Below the pieces are notes generated by a model. That model did no database searches, was not told the DNA's origin, and worked only from the letters and a program-made list of their open reading frames with translations. The position numbers were made by a program, and so were the translations under genes. DNA of 59,382 nt, counting the filler, from Basidiobolus ranarum (lineage: Eukaryota): the NCBI GenBank assembly GCA_040143965.1. It is 7 parts of 7 records of this genome, joined end to end, with 100 filler letters (N's around TTAATTAATTAA, not from the genome) between each part and the next. Parts side by side here need not be neighbours in the genome. Positions count along the whole stretch, not along the records: positions 8,520 to 16,926 come from JASJQH010000972.1; positions 17,027 to 25,429 come from JASJQH010000973.1; 5 more parts are not named here. One strand, written 5' to 3'. Positions 11,472 through 25,010 of the stretch are shown here, in pieces (the stretch's first letter is position 1; every line of letters begins with the position of its first letter).

Positions 11472-12626
11472 CTATAGACCGGAAGTAAGCCCCATCATGG
11501 CACCAACAATGATGAGAATGCTGTTGACTTGAGTAGCTGATACTCCTGATTTAGAACCAGCCTCAATGGTAGCATCAGTAGAGGAAGATGTCATAGATTT
11601 GGTAATATCAATTGAGGATGTTGTAGTAGTTGGAGCAGTAGTGCTTGAAAGAGAGGTGGCATTGGTAGGAGCAATACTGTTTGAGCGAGAGGTAGAAGTA
11701 GCAGTAGTAGAGATGGTAGTAGACATGATAGAAGTAGTAGCACTGGCGGTTATGTTAGAGTCTTTTGAATTCTGATACATGGGAAGATTATTACAGGAGT
11801 TGGCAAGAACAAAGTGAAATCCATGTTCAGCCAAGAGTTTTTCTATTTCAGGAACCTTCTTGACGGTTTCAATATAAAGATCATGCTGCAAAGAGATGAA
11901 TCCTGGGTCATTATGAGCGTTGAGATAGGTTCCTTCGGTGATGGCTTTTTGGAAGGATTCTAGGATCTTGGCAGGATCCTGTTTCTTTGCTACGATATCC
12001 CAGTCTAATGTATCCATGTTCCATAACAGATTGTGATAACCCATAGCTGTGAGGACTCCCTTAACTCTGTCGTCGGCTTCACCATACGGTGGACGGATAA
12101 ACGCAGTCTTAGCACCAGTCACGTTAAAGATAGCATCTTCGGTAGAACGAACCTCAGCAATAATTTGTTCATTAGTTAATGACATCAAATGAGGGTGAGA
12201 CCAGGTATGTTGAGCAATCAGATGCCCTGCGTCAAAGGCTCTCTTAACCACATCTGGAAACTGAGTAACTTGAGAACCAACCATAAGGAAAGTAGCCTTT
12301 ACTTTGGCAGCATCTAATATGTCCAGAAGCTCTGCAGTATGCTCTGATGGCCCATCATCAAAAGATAATGCCCATTCACCCTTTTTACAGCCGTAAATAT
12401 CATCGGGTCTAGCACAGTTACCACAGCTTTCCCAACATTTTTCACATTCGTTGGGGCCACAATCGCTATTGGGACATAAACCAGCCCCGACTTCTTTTGG
12501 CTCAACAATAGGTACTTTGGATAAATCATACTGCTTGGTCCACGATGGGTTGACGGGAGCTAATGGCTCTTGAGCGATAGCCTGAGCAATACAAACGGCA
12601 AGAAGTGAACTAGCTTGGAACTTCAT
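11472..12626 (-). CDS. Chitin deacetylase / CE4 polysaccharide deacetylase, secreted, likely GPI-anchored
   Basis: Signal peptide MKFQASSLLAVCIAQAIA; motifs SFDDGP, HTWSHP, RPPYG, DTLDW, LQHD; S/T-rich stalk and hydrophobic C-terminus; TATAAAT near 12701-12707 (-). Confidence 0.93.
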   Translation of the reverse strand: MKFQASSLLAVCIAQAIAQEPLAPVNPSWTKQYDLSKVPIVEPKEVGAGLCPNSDCGPNECEKCWESCGNCARPDDIYGCKKGEWALSFDDGPSEHTAELLDILDAAKVKATFLMVGSQVTQFPDVVKRAFDAGHLIAQHTWSHPHLMSLTNEQIIAEVRSTEDAIFNVTGAKTAFIRPPYGEADDRVKGVLTAMGYHNLLWNMDTLDWDIVAKKQDPAKILESFQKAITEGTYLNAHNDPGFISLQHDLYIETVKKVPEIEKLLAEHGFHFVLANSCNNLPMYQNSKDSNITASATTSIMSTTISTTATSTSRSNSIAPTNATSLSSTTAPTTTTSSIDITKSMTSSSTDATIEAGSKSGVSATQVNSILIIVGAMMGLTSGL

Positions 12627-14880
12627 GTTTATTGAGTTCCCTGAATGGCAATTAGGATGGAGGAGAATTTGTATAGCTCTACTAGGATTCACGGCTTGGT
12701 ATTTATACTCTTACACCTTCTTTGTTGCCTAGTTGTTATAGGATATGAATTACCATTTTAAACTCTTCCATATCGAAGGAAATTATCTTGTGACGTGCCA
12801 ACCGAGATGGAGTGTACTATAGATTACCTCGGGCTTCGGCTGGTGAAAGTTTGGCATTTGATTTCCACAAATAGTATAAACATTTATGAGGCACGATTAG
12901 CAAGTATCACCAATCAGAAACACAGACTCAGGCTTGAGAAAGTTGTAAAGACATTTAGAATTAAGCTTCCATCAACCGAAATTTGTCGCTTGATAAGCTA
13001 GTGGGTTCGAGATAATTAGGAAATGATCACCGATATTGGCATTACGATTGCGATTGTACAGCAGATCTGTGAATCCTCAATACAGACTGCAGGCAATATC
13101 AAGGCGAGCTAGGCTAATGCCCAACAAAGTATATCCCATAGAGTTGTTAGGATTTAATTTGCGAGGGAAAGCATTTCCGTTTCCTAGTACGAAATTGCAC
13201 TGGTTTTCAAATAGCTATCCTGCTCTAAGCAAATCTGTGTCGAAGCACAACCTAGACTGGATAAACAGATGAGCCAGCAGTGTGCTATAGAACTGTGACG
13301 TAGAATTACTTCATTTTAATCTATGGAGAAATTTACTAATGAAAGACGGCAATGACATCAGTCAAATTATTAGGTGACTATAAATACCACAGCTGCGTTG
13401 CAAATCCTAACTACCGTCCAAACTTGGTAATATTATTGCTCGTACAGAGGCGGAAGGCGTTTGTGTTATTACTTCTTTTGTAGCACGTTGTACATCTGAT
13501 AGTTCATGTGTTCTTGGTATTTTTAGAGCATGGCGCTCAGGAATTCTCATTAGAGTCAAGCCATACCTGGAGCCGATTATAATTAGACACCGTTATTGAA
13601 ATCGCGATGGTCTGAATTCATGGATATAAAAGTATGATCTATTTACAATTTGAGTAGAAGACCCCAAGGCTGACTATTTTTAAACATTGTCATGGATTAT
13701 CATTATTGAATCGGCAAAGGGGTAATTACCCATTCTTGCAATACAGGAATTTTGTAGTGAATGGGTTTCACCACTCGATTTGAAACAGTAGCTAACATGT
13801 ACGAATGTTACTTTATAATGATCCACTCAACTTCGAGTTACCTTTTGATTTGGAATGTTACTCACTCCTCTATGCAGATTACTCTTCCAATAACTGTTGA
13901 TATATTGCTAAGCCTCAAATATAGTGGAAGCGAACTAGATAAATGTTTTAGTGAGAAAAAAACCCATGTTACATGTGTTATTATGGAAGTGTTTACTTTT
14001 ATGACATTTGTTTCCCTCTCATTATACTGTTAAATATGCCATATAGCTTTCTGTTAGCTAACATTGATTAGTCAAATATCATTGCAATCAGAATTGAACC
14101 TATATTCAAGTCAGGTGGATCATACCGGAATTGGCACAGTTCAGGTTCAAATCGCCGAGTGGCTTATTTTACTCCCATGGCCATAACTCAAACCTACGAT
14201 GCTTTTATAGTTTAAAAGGCTTTTGCATAAATCCCAAACTTCCGCGACAATCATGAAGTGTATTATTCGGACTTGTATTTAGTACTGAACTTTTGAACTC
14301 TTTGGAGAACAATGCTGTCCATATTGAGAAGTTAGAAAAAGTAGTAGTTGACTATTGGACTCAACCCAAACACAAGTGCTTTAGGATAGTATAAATATAT
14401 GAAAATGGTCTTTCAGGCACTTTTATGGAATCAAGAACAATAAACTTGATATATCATCTAGTGCAAGATCAGATTGGATCGTGTAAAACTTACTGCTTGA
14501 TATACAAGCGGGAATTCAATATTACATGTATACATTGCCAATCTCTGTATATCAAATAGGAAGCCCATATCAACGTAAGGTACATCTATACACCGAGATA
14601 TATGGATATATGGGTGCAGCTTGAGATTCTGCCTTAGGGAAAAGTGAGTGTATAAGATGGTGCTCTAACGGATGGAGTATTTTGTTATAGTTGAAAAAAT
14701 TTCAGATGGCAAAATTGGCTAGATCAGCATTACTTCTCAGCTACCCTCAAAAGAGGACACTTTCATACTTTTCAAGGAATGTAGGTAATCAAAATGGCTG
14801 TACTATTGGTTTGACATGCATATTTAATTTTATTGAACTGAAGTTAATACTAAATGGAATATAATATTTAATGTACCAAC

Positions 14881-15227
14881 TTTTAAAGTATTTGGGAGCC
14901 TGTTGCAAGTGGTTTGGAGAATTAGTGAAGTTGGTGGTTTTCACTTATTTATTTATTGAGTATTCAGTTGACATTTATAGTTTTTTTCTAGATTTAAGCA
15001 GACTAATGGGTAGAATGTGTTAAAGAAAGTCCTAGGAGCATGTGTGCAAAGTTTGGGGCTTCTAGCACAAGTTTGAAAATATATATATCTGAGAACTTCT
15101 AAGTTGGTAAAATATTCCAAGTAAATTCCAATTGAGAATAATGGGCAATAGCTTAGTGAAATATAAGATAACTACGTACTAAGATATATATGACTATATA
15201 GGTGCTTAGGCAATGCTAATTTTAACA
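14881..15227 (-). mobile_element. Full-length solo LTR (~347 bp)
   Basis: TGTTAAAATTAGC...TACTTTAAAA termini; flanks CCAAC/CTAAC form a 5-bp TSD with one mismatch. Confidence 0.8.
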
Positions 15228-16090
15228 CTAACAACATTTATGTATTATGGTGAGGTTTGCAAGTAGGCTGACCACACTTACCAAGCACAGTAGCCATTTC
15301 AAATATAGATATTTCAAGTATACCAGATCTTGCTGAGCTAGCCTTATTTTATAGGTGTGTAGGCTATGCTTATTTTGAAATAATGTATACATTGATAGAA
15401 TGAAGCAACAAGTGGAGTGACAAGATTTAGACCTGTAAAGGAGAGTACTGATTACTGTGGAATGCATTAATATTGAATCACACAATTTGTATCTGTATGT
15501 GATACTGCATACTCTCTATGCTTTCATCTACAATTAATATAGATATGTTTGCTAATGATTTATTCTCAAAGATGATGTTTCAATAGGACAACATTATCAT
15601 CTAGAGATAGCAGTCCATTAATCCATGATTTGCTGAATAATCCTGATTGTGTCACAACTAATGACTTGATAGCAAAAGTAATAAACCAATACTGGTATAA
15701 ATTGTGTATAGAAGCACAGGTCATGCAACATTTTATGTTCTTGCACAACAATAACTAGTTGGTCACACATTTTGCATTTATATTCCAAAATATAACAAAA
15801 GCTTTGTAGTGGCCACTATATATCTATCAGCCTTGCACTTACTACATATTTTATTGGAGGATCTGATCATAACAAGAATAGATTTTGTGATTTAGAGGCA
15901 GCATGTGATACCTTTTTGTTTGTTTTGTTCTTAAGACAACAGAGTGACTTAGATAGCAGAGAAGTAGGTCATTTTTTTGAGATATTCAGGTGTTTGCATA
16001 ATAAAATATAATAGATAAGTGTGGGTAATAAGACATACTGCTGATATAAATATATAGAGATGTTCTTAATTAGATTATTGGGATTATAGA

Positions 16091-16420
16091 TATTAAAATT
16101 AGCATTGCCTAAACATCTATATAGTCATATATATCTTGGTACTTAGTTATCTTATATTTCACCAAGTTTTTACCCATCATTCTCAGTTGGAATTTACCTA
16201 GGATATTTCTACCAACTTGGAAGTTATCAGATACATATATTGTTCAAACTTGTGCTAGAAGCACCAAGCTTGCCTTTTCTACACATCTTACCTATTGGTT
16301 TGCTAACATCTTGACAAAACTACAAGTTCCAACTTGAAACCCAATAAATCAATAAGTGAAAACCACCAATTTCTCTATTACTCCAAGCAGCTTCCAACAG
16401 GCCTCCAAAATACTTTAACA
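16091..16420 (+). mobile_element. Near full-length solo LTR (same family)
   Basis: TATTAAAATTAGC...TACTTTAACA termini; flanks ATAGA/GTAGA form a 5-bp TSD with one mismatch. Confidence 0.8.
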
Positions 16421-16817
16421 GTAGATATATTACTTTGTTGTTTCTGATATATGTATCAAAGCTTATGTTAACTAAAATATTTAAGAAATATTCATTATCC
16501 AGCATATTTTAAGACTCCTCTTATAGCCTCTCAGTCATCACTATGTATAATAACAATACCATTTGACTGGACAGAGTGGTGGGGTAACTCCAACTAGAAT
16601 GTCCAAAGCAATGCAACTAGATGCTATAAAGCTTGTGCAAGTAATATTAGCATCTATTTAGAAAATATCTATATTTGAGCTTTAGCTTAGACTTGCAATA
16701 CTTATACCATGTTTGTTAGACTTAGAGTTGTAATGGCAGAGGATATAATAGCAATATAACTTAACCCCCTTTAACAAATATTACTTAGGAAAAGAAGAGC
16801 AATGTTGATGTTGTGTC

Positions 16818-16926
16818 TGTTGAAATTAGCATTGCCTAAACACCTATATAGTCATATATAGCTTAGTACTTAGTTATCTTATAATTCACTAAGATATTAT
16901 CAATTATTCTCAATCGGAATTTACTT
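16818..16926 (+). repeat. Solo-LTR family copy, 5' part, truncated by contig end
   Basis: TGTTGAAATTAGCATTGCCTAAACACCTATATAGTC. Confidence 0.85.
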
Positions 16927-17026
16927 NNNNNNNNNNNNNNNNNNNNNNNNNNNNNNNNNNNNNNNNNNNNTTAATTAATTAANNNNNNNNNNNNNNNNNN
17001 NNNNNNNNNNNNNNNNNNNNNNNNNN

Positions 17027-18340
17027 GTGGTTGAAGAAGCAATAACTGTTGAGCACAAACCTCAAGGTAGACCACTTGCTCCAACACATTCTGCCATGCA
17101 ACAGAGGTCATGGCGGCCAGTCAAAAGAGATGAAGCTTCTACCGTGATTGAAGAAGCAATAACTGTCAAGCACAAACCTCAAGGGAGACATTCCAGGTTG
17201 ATGCGTAAAGCTGCATGCCAGCAGCAATGGCTGGTTTAACCATTAAGTGAAGGCTCCACATCTGAAGAAGAGACTGTAGATACAAACAAACCACAAACTA
17301 GACCGGACAAGCCAATGCATACCACAGCACGTTGATCTCAAGCCACAACTCATGCTGGCCAAGGTAGAGGAACTTCAGCAGGATCAAACTGACCAACTCA
17401 GCACAGAGGTTCAAGCAAAGTTCCTTCCATGGAAATATAAGGAGACTACAAAAGTAACAGAAGCAAATCAGCATATACTGCTTCAAACCTAGGCAACTGC
17501 TGAATACTCTTGTTAGTACTTACATTATCCTATCTTTACTGTCTAGCACATCATGCAAAATTGATATGGATTGCAGTTAAATATTGCATAAATTGCTTGA
17601 GTTAGAACACAATCACTTATGTGTTTATGAAATGCTGATAGCGTGATATTGTCATATATCAAAAAAATCAATGATAGCCTATTAATGCAAGCAACTTCAC
17701 TACAATCAAATGAAAAGTGTCTGTCAACAAAAAGCTTGCGCAGCCATATTGGCTTGATATGGCTCAATTCATTCACATTTTCACCCAATTAGAAGCTTAC
17801 ATGATTGAATGAATAATTTGCTGATCTAAATGATGAAACAAGAAATCCAGATCACTACTATCATACTGTGGATTGGTCCATCATTGAGTACTGTGATTTG
17901 TCACCAGTGTGCCAAAACTACTGGTGTTTCATAATGCAGGAGCTGTTGTGCCCAATTGTAAATCAGGATACTATGTTAGTGAGGGACAAATGATTGGCCT
18001 AAAAACATGTGAATGTTTTGGTTATACATTTGATTGGGTAAGTTAGAGTATAAATTGTTTATTATTACACATTCAGTAATTTGTAAGTTACAAAATAGGG
18101 GATTAACTTACTTTGTCAGTTACCCAAAATCATAATTTGGCAATACTAAATTAGGTAACTCAGTACAGGCTGGCACAATATCTCCAATCAAATCATTGTG
18201 TCTGATTGTGGTGGGATAGTGCCATATTGTTCCCTAAAGAACCCAGCTATGGTAATTGACAGATTGCACCAGATGGTGTACTAGCAGGCTGGATTGAGCG
18301 GTACAATCTGACCTAGTCCAATGGAACAAGTATACTATCT
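17027..18340 (+). repeat. Degenerate multi-copy element, copy 1 (inverted relative to 21130-22462)
   Basis: Aligns along its length with the reverse complement of 21130-22462; carries 117-bp (39-aa) tandem units; many stops. Confidence 0.8.
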
Positions 18341-20429
18341 TACTGTGGATTTTGTCAAATCAATGGAGCTTACTCTACCAGTCATATGCATTACTTCTAT
18401 CCAAATAAAACACTAAACTCCATGATTTTACCATTTACTAAACTTGTTCAGATTGAGTGCTCTTATATCATTTACAGCTATGATGAAGATGTTGAAATTA
18501 GATAAATAGCAACACATTATTTAGTAGTTAGTGTATTCATATTTTGATTATGTAGCACTCATTATGTTAATGAAAAACATGGGTTTATTGCTCTTATTGA
18601 TGGAAATATAAGTTATACCAATTTTACCAATTTTTAATATTTTCTCAAAACTTCTCAGATTTTCACCCATGCTTAATTGGCCTGTTTGTTGCAATCTAAA
18701 CATGTCCAATAGTCCTATTTCATATTAAGATATAAACAGGACATATGCAATACAATAAAACTTAAGTGTCTAATTCACAATTCCAAATCTTGACCAAAAC
18801 ACTTCCAAATCCCCTAAACACTTTTATTATAAGGCAGCCATATATAGTACCAAGTTAAAGATTCTTGGAATACTCTTACTTTGACTGTTGCTCATTTTAG
18901 TGATGCAATTCTATCACAATTGATGATGTTACATTTGCATTCAGAAAGTCAGTGGGTGAATATGTTTCAAGCTGACAAAAGCTTTGCATATCAAAGAGAG
19001 TTATGACTAATTTCATGGGCCAATGCTCTGCTAATGCAGCATAGAATTTCTTAAAATCAACTCCAGATTACTGATAATAACTTATAGTAACTAATGTGAC
19101 CTTTTACAATTCTATGGTTCCATTGGCTGAGCTTACCTCTCTAAAGACCCATTTTGAACTTAAGGACCTGTTATATGCTGGCAGGAGCCTTAATTGTTGA
19201 AATTAGAAAATAACTGTTCATTATGTAGTAGTAAATTCAAGATATTGGGATCTTTTGGCAATCAAGTCTGATATTTAAAAACATATACTTTTTGCTCTCA
19301 CTTATCAATGCTTCAGCTAGATCAACTATACCAATTGTTCACTTGCTGTTCAAGCCTCACAAGCAAGTCCTTTGTGATCTAAGTATGTCCAATAGTCCTA
19401 TCTTGTAGTACACCTTATTTATGTTACATTCAAATCAATGATTATCTGTTGTCTGATTTACAAGTCCACATTGTATCCAAAGCATTACCATATCTCATGA
19501 GCACTTTCATCAGGTATTGAACCCTAAGATAGATGTCAAAGTATCAACTATTGGTACTGTTACCAACCTTTTTTTTTAGTACCAAAAAAGATTGTTATTA
19601 CAGACCTTTGATCATAGAAATTCATGATGCTAATGAAGCTAGAAAACTAGGAGATTGGAGGATTTGTGAGGAAGAAGAGAGCACTCTGTGCACTGTATAA
19701 ACACTTCTGAGATTCTAAATTGGCTCATATTTAGGCAGCCAAAAAAAGTTCAAAATCCTACAAGAACACTTGTGAGGCTATATGAGACTACATGTTCAGC
19801 TAACAGTCTATATCTTTGATCAAGAAGATTCTCAATTCAGATGAATGCTGGCAACCTATGACTAATTATATGAATAAGATTCAAACTGTTGCATATTAGT
19901 GCTTACAATGACCAGGCACTATATACAGTTAGTTAAGGTACAGCTGTGTTCAATTTGTACCAAAATTTAGCTATACTCTCTGGAAATTGGTTGTATACAA
20001 TATGTATCAAATATAGCAGAAAATGTACCATTGATGAGAGAAGCACTAGCTGAAAGCCAAGATTTGTATTCAGCAAGGCTGGATGCAATAACACAGATCA
20101 TAACAATCCCAAATTAGTTACTTTGCTTAAGACCCAAATACTACATTAGTTGGAATTTGACAGAATTTGTTTTAAGCATGCACTTTAAGCCTGATCCATT
20201 GAAACAAGCTCTCAGAGATGGCACAGATGCTAGGACTGTAATGGAAGGTAGGAACTGATACATATGCTGCCCAATTAGGAAACTTCAGGTTACAAATTCT
20301 GTATATCCATAAAGTGACTCCCTGTTGGATATATGGAAAACACTACCAACAGTCATTTTCAAGCTTGAAGTTTCCAACTTTGCTTTTGTTTTGATCTGTT
20401 CTATTCTGACCTATGTGTGATATCCATAG

Positions 20430-21125
20430 ACTAAGTGGAGAGGTGACCACTGATGTATACTATGTATTCAGACACAGCAGCTAAATAAAACTTGATCAAT
20501 GTACTCATCCCACTTGTTTGTTGATCCATTGGCATAATTGGATATCATCTTGTCAAAAAGCCCATTAAATATTTCAGTAAATCAATTAGATCTTGGATGA
20601 TAGGATGAGGTCTTCATATGCCAAATATTTTGAAGTTCCTAATAGGCTCTAGGAGTTGTTGCCACAAAGTCTCACAAACTTCATGATATATGAAACTTGC
20701 AACTTCTTCACTGGCAATTGGAACTGCTTTTGCAATTGGCTACTTAGTTGCATGGCTGATTACAATAAGAATCCATTTCTTGCTTCTTCTAGTTGTGGAT
20801 AGTCTTCCTATGAAATCCATTCTCCATATTTCAAATGGTCCCACTGGCTCAAAAGGGAATAATTCTGCTTGTCTCTGAGTCTGGCTGTGATTAATATCAT
20901 AACTAGTGCAATTCTTGACTAGCTCCTCTATGTCACCCTATATCTTTGGCCACCAGGCTCTGATCTTCATCAGACTAAGTGTTCCTTCAATTCCTAGAAG
21001 CCTATAGCCATTATGTAGCCTATTAACTCAGTTTATTTGGTTGGGATGGGGGCCATAGGGTATTAGCGGATAATCAATCATATGGTGCATAGTTTCTTCT
21101 TGTTCAACAAATTTTTCCACTTCTT
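20430..21125 (-). mobile_element. Degenerate gypsy/Ginger-type integrase
   Basis: RLHNGYRLLGIEGTLSLMKIRAWWPKI*GDIEELVKNC...GPFEIWRMDFIGRL...TK*PIAKAV...TSSYHPRSN*FTEIFN...KWDEYIDQVLF shows HHCC and rve core motifs with stops and a deletion. Confidence 0.8.
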
Positions 21126-21129
21126 GACA

Positions 21130-23769
21130 AGTTATTAGACTTGTTTGATTGGACCAGGTCAGATTGTGCCACTTGATCCAGCCTGCTATCACACCATCTG
21201 GCAGAATCTGTCAATTACCATTGCTAAGTTCTATAACACCTGATTGGACACTATAAGCAACAATATGACACTATCCCACCACAGTCAGACACAATCATCT
21301 TTTTGGAGATATTGTGCCAGACTGTTCCAAGATCCCCAATTGAGTATTGCCAAATTAAGATTTTGGGTAACTGACAAAGCAGGTTCAACCCCTAGTTTGT
21401 CACTTACCAATGACTGAATGTGTAACAATAAACAACTTATATTCTAATTTACCCAATCAAATGTATAACCAAGACATTCACATTTTTTTAGGCCAATCAT
21501 TTGTCCCTCACTAAAACAATATCCTGATTTTCAATTGGACCCAATGGCTCCTGCATTTTGAAACATCATTAGTTTTGGCACGCCAGTGACAAATCACAGC
21601 ACTCAATGATGGAGCAATCTGCAGCATGATAGTAATGATCAGGGTTGTTTGATTCATCATTTTTAGATCAACAATTTATTCATTCAATCATGTGAGCTTC
21701 TAGTTGGGTGAGTATGTGAACAGATTAAGCCATATCAAGCCCATATGGCAGCACAAGCTTTTTATTGACAGACATTTTTCATTTAATTGTAGTGCAATTG
21801 CTTGTTTTCATAGGATATTGATGATTTTTTTGATAAATGGCAATTTCATGCTATCAGTGTTTCGTAAAGACATCAGTGATTGTGATCCAACTAAAGCAAT
21901 TTCCATTATATTTAACTGCAATCCATATCAGTTTTGCATGATGTGCTAAACATTAAAGATAGGACAATGTAAGTATTAACAAGAGTGTTAGGCAGTTGCC
22001 CAGGTTTGAAGTGGTATATGCTGATTTGTTTCTGTTATTTTTGTTGTCTCCTTGATATTTCCACAGAAGGAACTTGGGTTGAAGCTCTATACTGAGTTGG
22101 TTGGTTGATCCTGCTGAAGTTCCTCTACCTTGGCCAGCATGAGTAGTGGCTTGAGGTCAATGAACTGTGGTATGCATTGGCTTGTCTGGTCTAGTTTGCA
22201 GTTTGTTTGTATCTACATTCTCTTCCTTAGATGTGGAGCCTTCACTTAATGGGTCAGCCAGCCATTGCTGCTAGTGCACAGCTCTACATGTTGACCTGGA
22301 ATGTCTCACTCGAGGTTCATGCTTGACAGTTATTGATTCTTCAACCATGGTAGAAGCTTCATTTCTTTTGACTGGCTGTAGCCAAGGTTGCATGGCAGTA
22401 CATGTTGGAGTAAGTCATCTACCTTGAGGTTTCTGCTTGGCTGTTCTTGCCTCTTCAACCATGGTAGAAGCTTCATCTCTTTTGACTAGCTGCTGTGATC
22501 TCTGTTGCATGGTAGAATGCATTGGAACATGTTGTCTACCTTGAGGTTCATGTTTGACTCTTGTGGCTTCTTCAAGCCCAGTAAGAGCTTCACTATCTCT
22601 CTCAAACACTTGTTGTCTTGATCTCATGGGGATACATGTTGTAACAGATTGCTGTCTTAGTAGATTACTCTCTGGTATCAGATCTCTATCCAACAAAGTG
22701 GAAGGTTCAATAAATCTTGCAATTGGCCTTTATTGCTGTTGTGCAGTAGTATGCACTAAACCAGTATGTCTTTCTGGTGGGATACTCCTTGGAGCTGACT
22801 CTTCTCTATATGTAAAAAGCTCACTGGTTAGTTCTGTTGAATCAGGTAAATTGTGCACTGCAATGGATGGGAATGCAAGCTGTCCTCTTTCTGGTTCTGC
22901 ATTGACTGCTTGCTATTCATCAAAATTGGGAGAAACATGACAGATTCTTCCAAGCTGGCATTGCTTTCAATGTGTACCACTAGCTGATGAACCAACTCAT
23001 GGGGCTCTTGCCCTTGTTGAAGATGTTACCTCAGTTCTAGTGATGAGTTGTGTAGATTCTTCTTGTGAAGTGGATACCTTGTCAGGAGTCTCTTCGACTT
23101 GGAGTGATCTAGTATAGCAGTGGGATGATCTAGTATGTCTGTGCAATGGTCCAGACTGTAAAAATATGCCTTTGGGAATATCTTCTGATTTAATAAATTG
23201 TCTTGCTTTTCTATTTACATCTCTGTTGATTACTCTTGCCCAGTGTCCTGAAATGCTGTTTTCAACTCTGCAACCTCCATCACCAGTTGCTGCAAAGTCT
23301 CATTGAGTAGTGGTAGATACCTATTTAGAAAAATTTTTGTCTCTGAAGTTGAGGCTCCAATGGTCACTACTGGCCCATTCAAGCAACTATGCAAATGTAA
23401 TCATGTCTTTGTGGACTGAAAATTAAAATTCCTATTTCTCAATACATATCTTCTATCCTTGTGAGTCTTCATGTATATCTTCTTGCAGACTTCTGAAGGC
23501 ATGAAGATATAGTATTCTCTCCAAAGCAGTGTCAAAAGTTGCTCCCACTTTTGTCTAATGCCCCCCAGCCCAGCTTCTGTCAAATTTATCAATAACTCCC
23601 ATATATCCAAGCAAGAATTCATAGTATATACCTGGACATCTGTAACATCATTAGGTACATGCTGCTTTGCACCATCCACCCCTTTATTTGACTGTGTGCA
23701 CATCATTTTGGAAGTGGTGGTTTCTTGTACCAAAGTTGGTTGTGAGCCAGAAAGAATCTGTTTTGACAT
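21130..23769 (-). pseudogene. Degenerate multi-copy element, copy 2: long decayed reading frame with ~39-aa tandem units, product unknown
   Basis: Residual frames 23769-23401 and 22696-22415; units such as EEATRVKHEPQGRQHVPMHSTMQQRSQQLVKRDEAST; homologous to 17027-18340. Confidence 0.55.
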
Positions 23770-24164
23770 GATAAGTAACTACCATATATATCTTTGATGT
23801 TGACCTTGATTGGTTTCAACCAGAATTATGGATCTTTTTATATTGTTGGTTACAATTTCAAAGTTAATTTCCTATAGTGTGATCAAGCATAATGCATTCC
23901 GCTTTGAGCCATTTTGATATGTACCCAAGATAAATCAATTCAGATTGAACTATGTTTAACTTTGCTGATGCAGCTTATTATATAATTTCCTTGCAATTAC
24001 ACATATTTCAAGTAATTAAATAATAAACACAAACAGAAAATTTACCACAACAATTGAAATTTGTTGATAAATAACTCACATGCACTGGATTGATTGGTAT
24101 TGTGCCAGCTCAACACAAGATTAATATCATGATCTCCATCTACTCTAAATGATCATACCTCATT

Positions 24165-24490
24165 AATCTAAAAGCAACTACTGGCTTTCCTATCACCACC
24201 CTAGAAGCTATATTTGAGAAATACTGTGGCTCATATATTCCAATACTTACCAGAGAGCAGCTAGTCAATTTGTTTTGTTACTACAAAAACTATTGTCCTA
24301 TCAGATCTCAGTGCACTATTAATGGTAGTAAAAGTGGGAGACACTTCCATACCAGGATCCAACTAAATGAGAATTATCTAGCTTCCATGAGGAATGATGC
24401 TGAAGGTGCCTAGGACAAAAGATTTAGAGACTCTAATTTCCTGACATTTCCTGGAGTATTTTAACATGTACAAATACCATTAAGATACTG
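24165..24490 (+). mobile_element. Possible PIF/Harbinger (ISL2EU-like) transposase N-terminal remnant
   Basis: NLKATTGFPITTLEAIFEKY...LTREQLVNLFCYYKNYCPIR...A*DKRF...FPGVF resembles the HTH region preceding DDE_Tnp_4; no DDE residues seen. Confidence 0.35.
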
Positions 24491-24619
24491 TCAAAAAGCC
24501 ATCATAACACCATAAAAATCCCTGCCAGAAAGCAAGCCACCAATAATTTGACAGTTCTCTGATGGTTTTGCAATTCAGAAGGGTGGATCAAATCCAGATC
24601 AAGTCAATTTTATTTTGGT

Positions 24620-25010
24620 TAGGATATAGCATAAGAAATTAAGCCATATTGGATTTGATTTTTTGAGCAAAATGATCAAAAGTTGTCAAATTTATGCTGG
24701 TCAAATTAGTATCCAAACCAAATTGAAATTTGTGATGGTTGTTTATATGGAAAACAAGCAAGGCAACCATTCAATAGCTCTGGCTTCATCAAATTTGTCA
24801 AAAATTTGATCTTATTCATGCAGATTTGTGTAGACCTAAGCAAAACTTATCTTTAGGTGGTGTGAGATATTTAATCATATTTATTGATGCTTATAAACAA
24901 TATACTTGCGTGTACTCTATGAAAAGAACAGAAGAATATTTCTCTTTCTCCAGGGATCTTAACACACTTGTGAGACTGAAGCTGTAACTAAAATAAAGAA
25001 AATTTGATTC
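24620..25010 (+). mobile_element. Degenerate Ty1/copia GAG-pre-integrase and integrase fragment
   Basis: I*HKKLSHIGF...CDGCLYGKQARQPF...DLIHADLC...SLGGVRYLIIFIDAYKQYTCVYSMK...TKIKKI. Confidence 0.85.

Noticed and set aside
11566-11775. Antisense and alternate-frame ORFs over real genes (also 47868-48176, 53600-53842, 55509-55790 and others)
   Set aside because: Shadows of low-complexity or codon-biased coding sequence
15228-16090. DNA transposon with the two inverted flanking repeats as long TIRs
   Set aside because: Each flanking copy has its own 5-bp TSD, so they are independent insertions; the interior is unrecognisable
22290-22600. 39-aa repeats with VKRDEAST as a Kex2-processed repeat (KEP/RiPP) precursor
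   Set aside because: No signal peptide; frame has stops; DE after KR is not an X-A/X-P Ste13 dipeptide; many Q/W/C/H residues are probably decayed Arg codons
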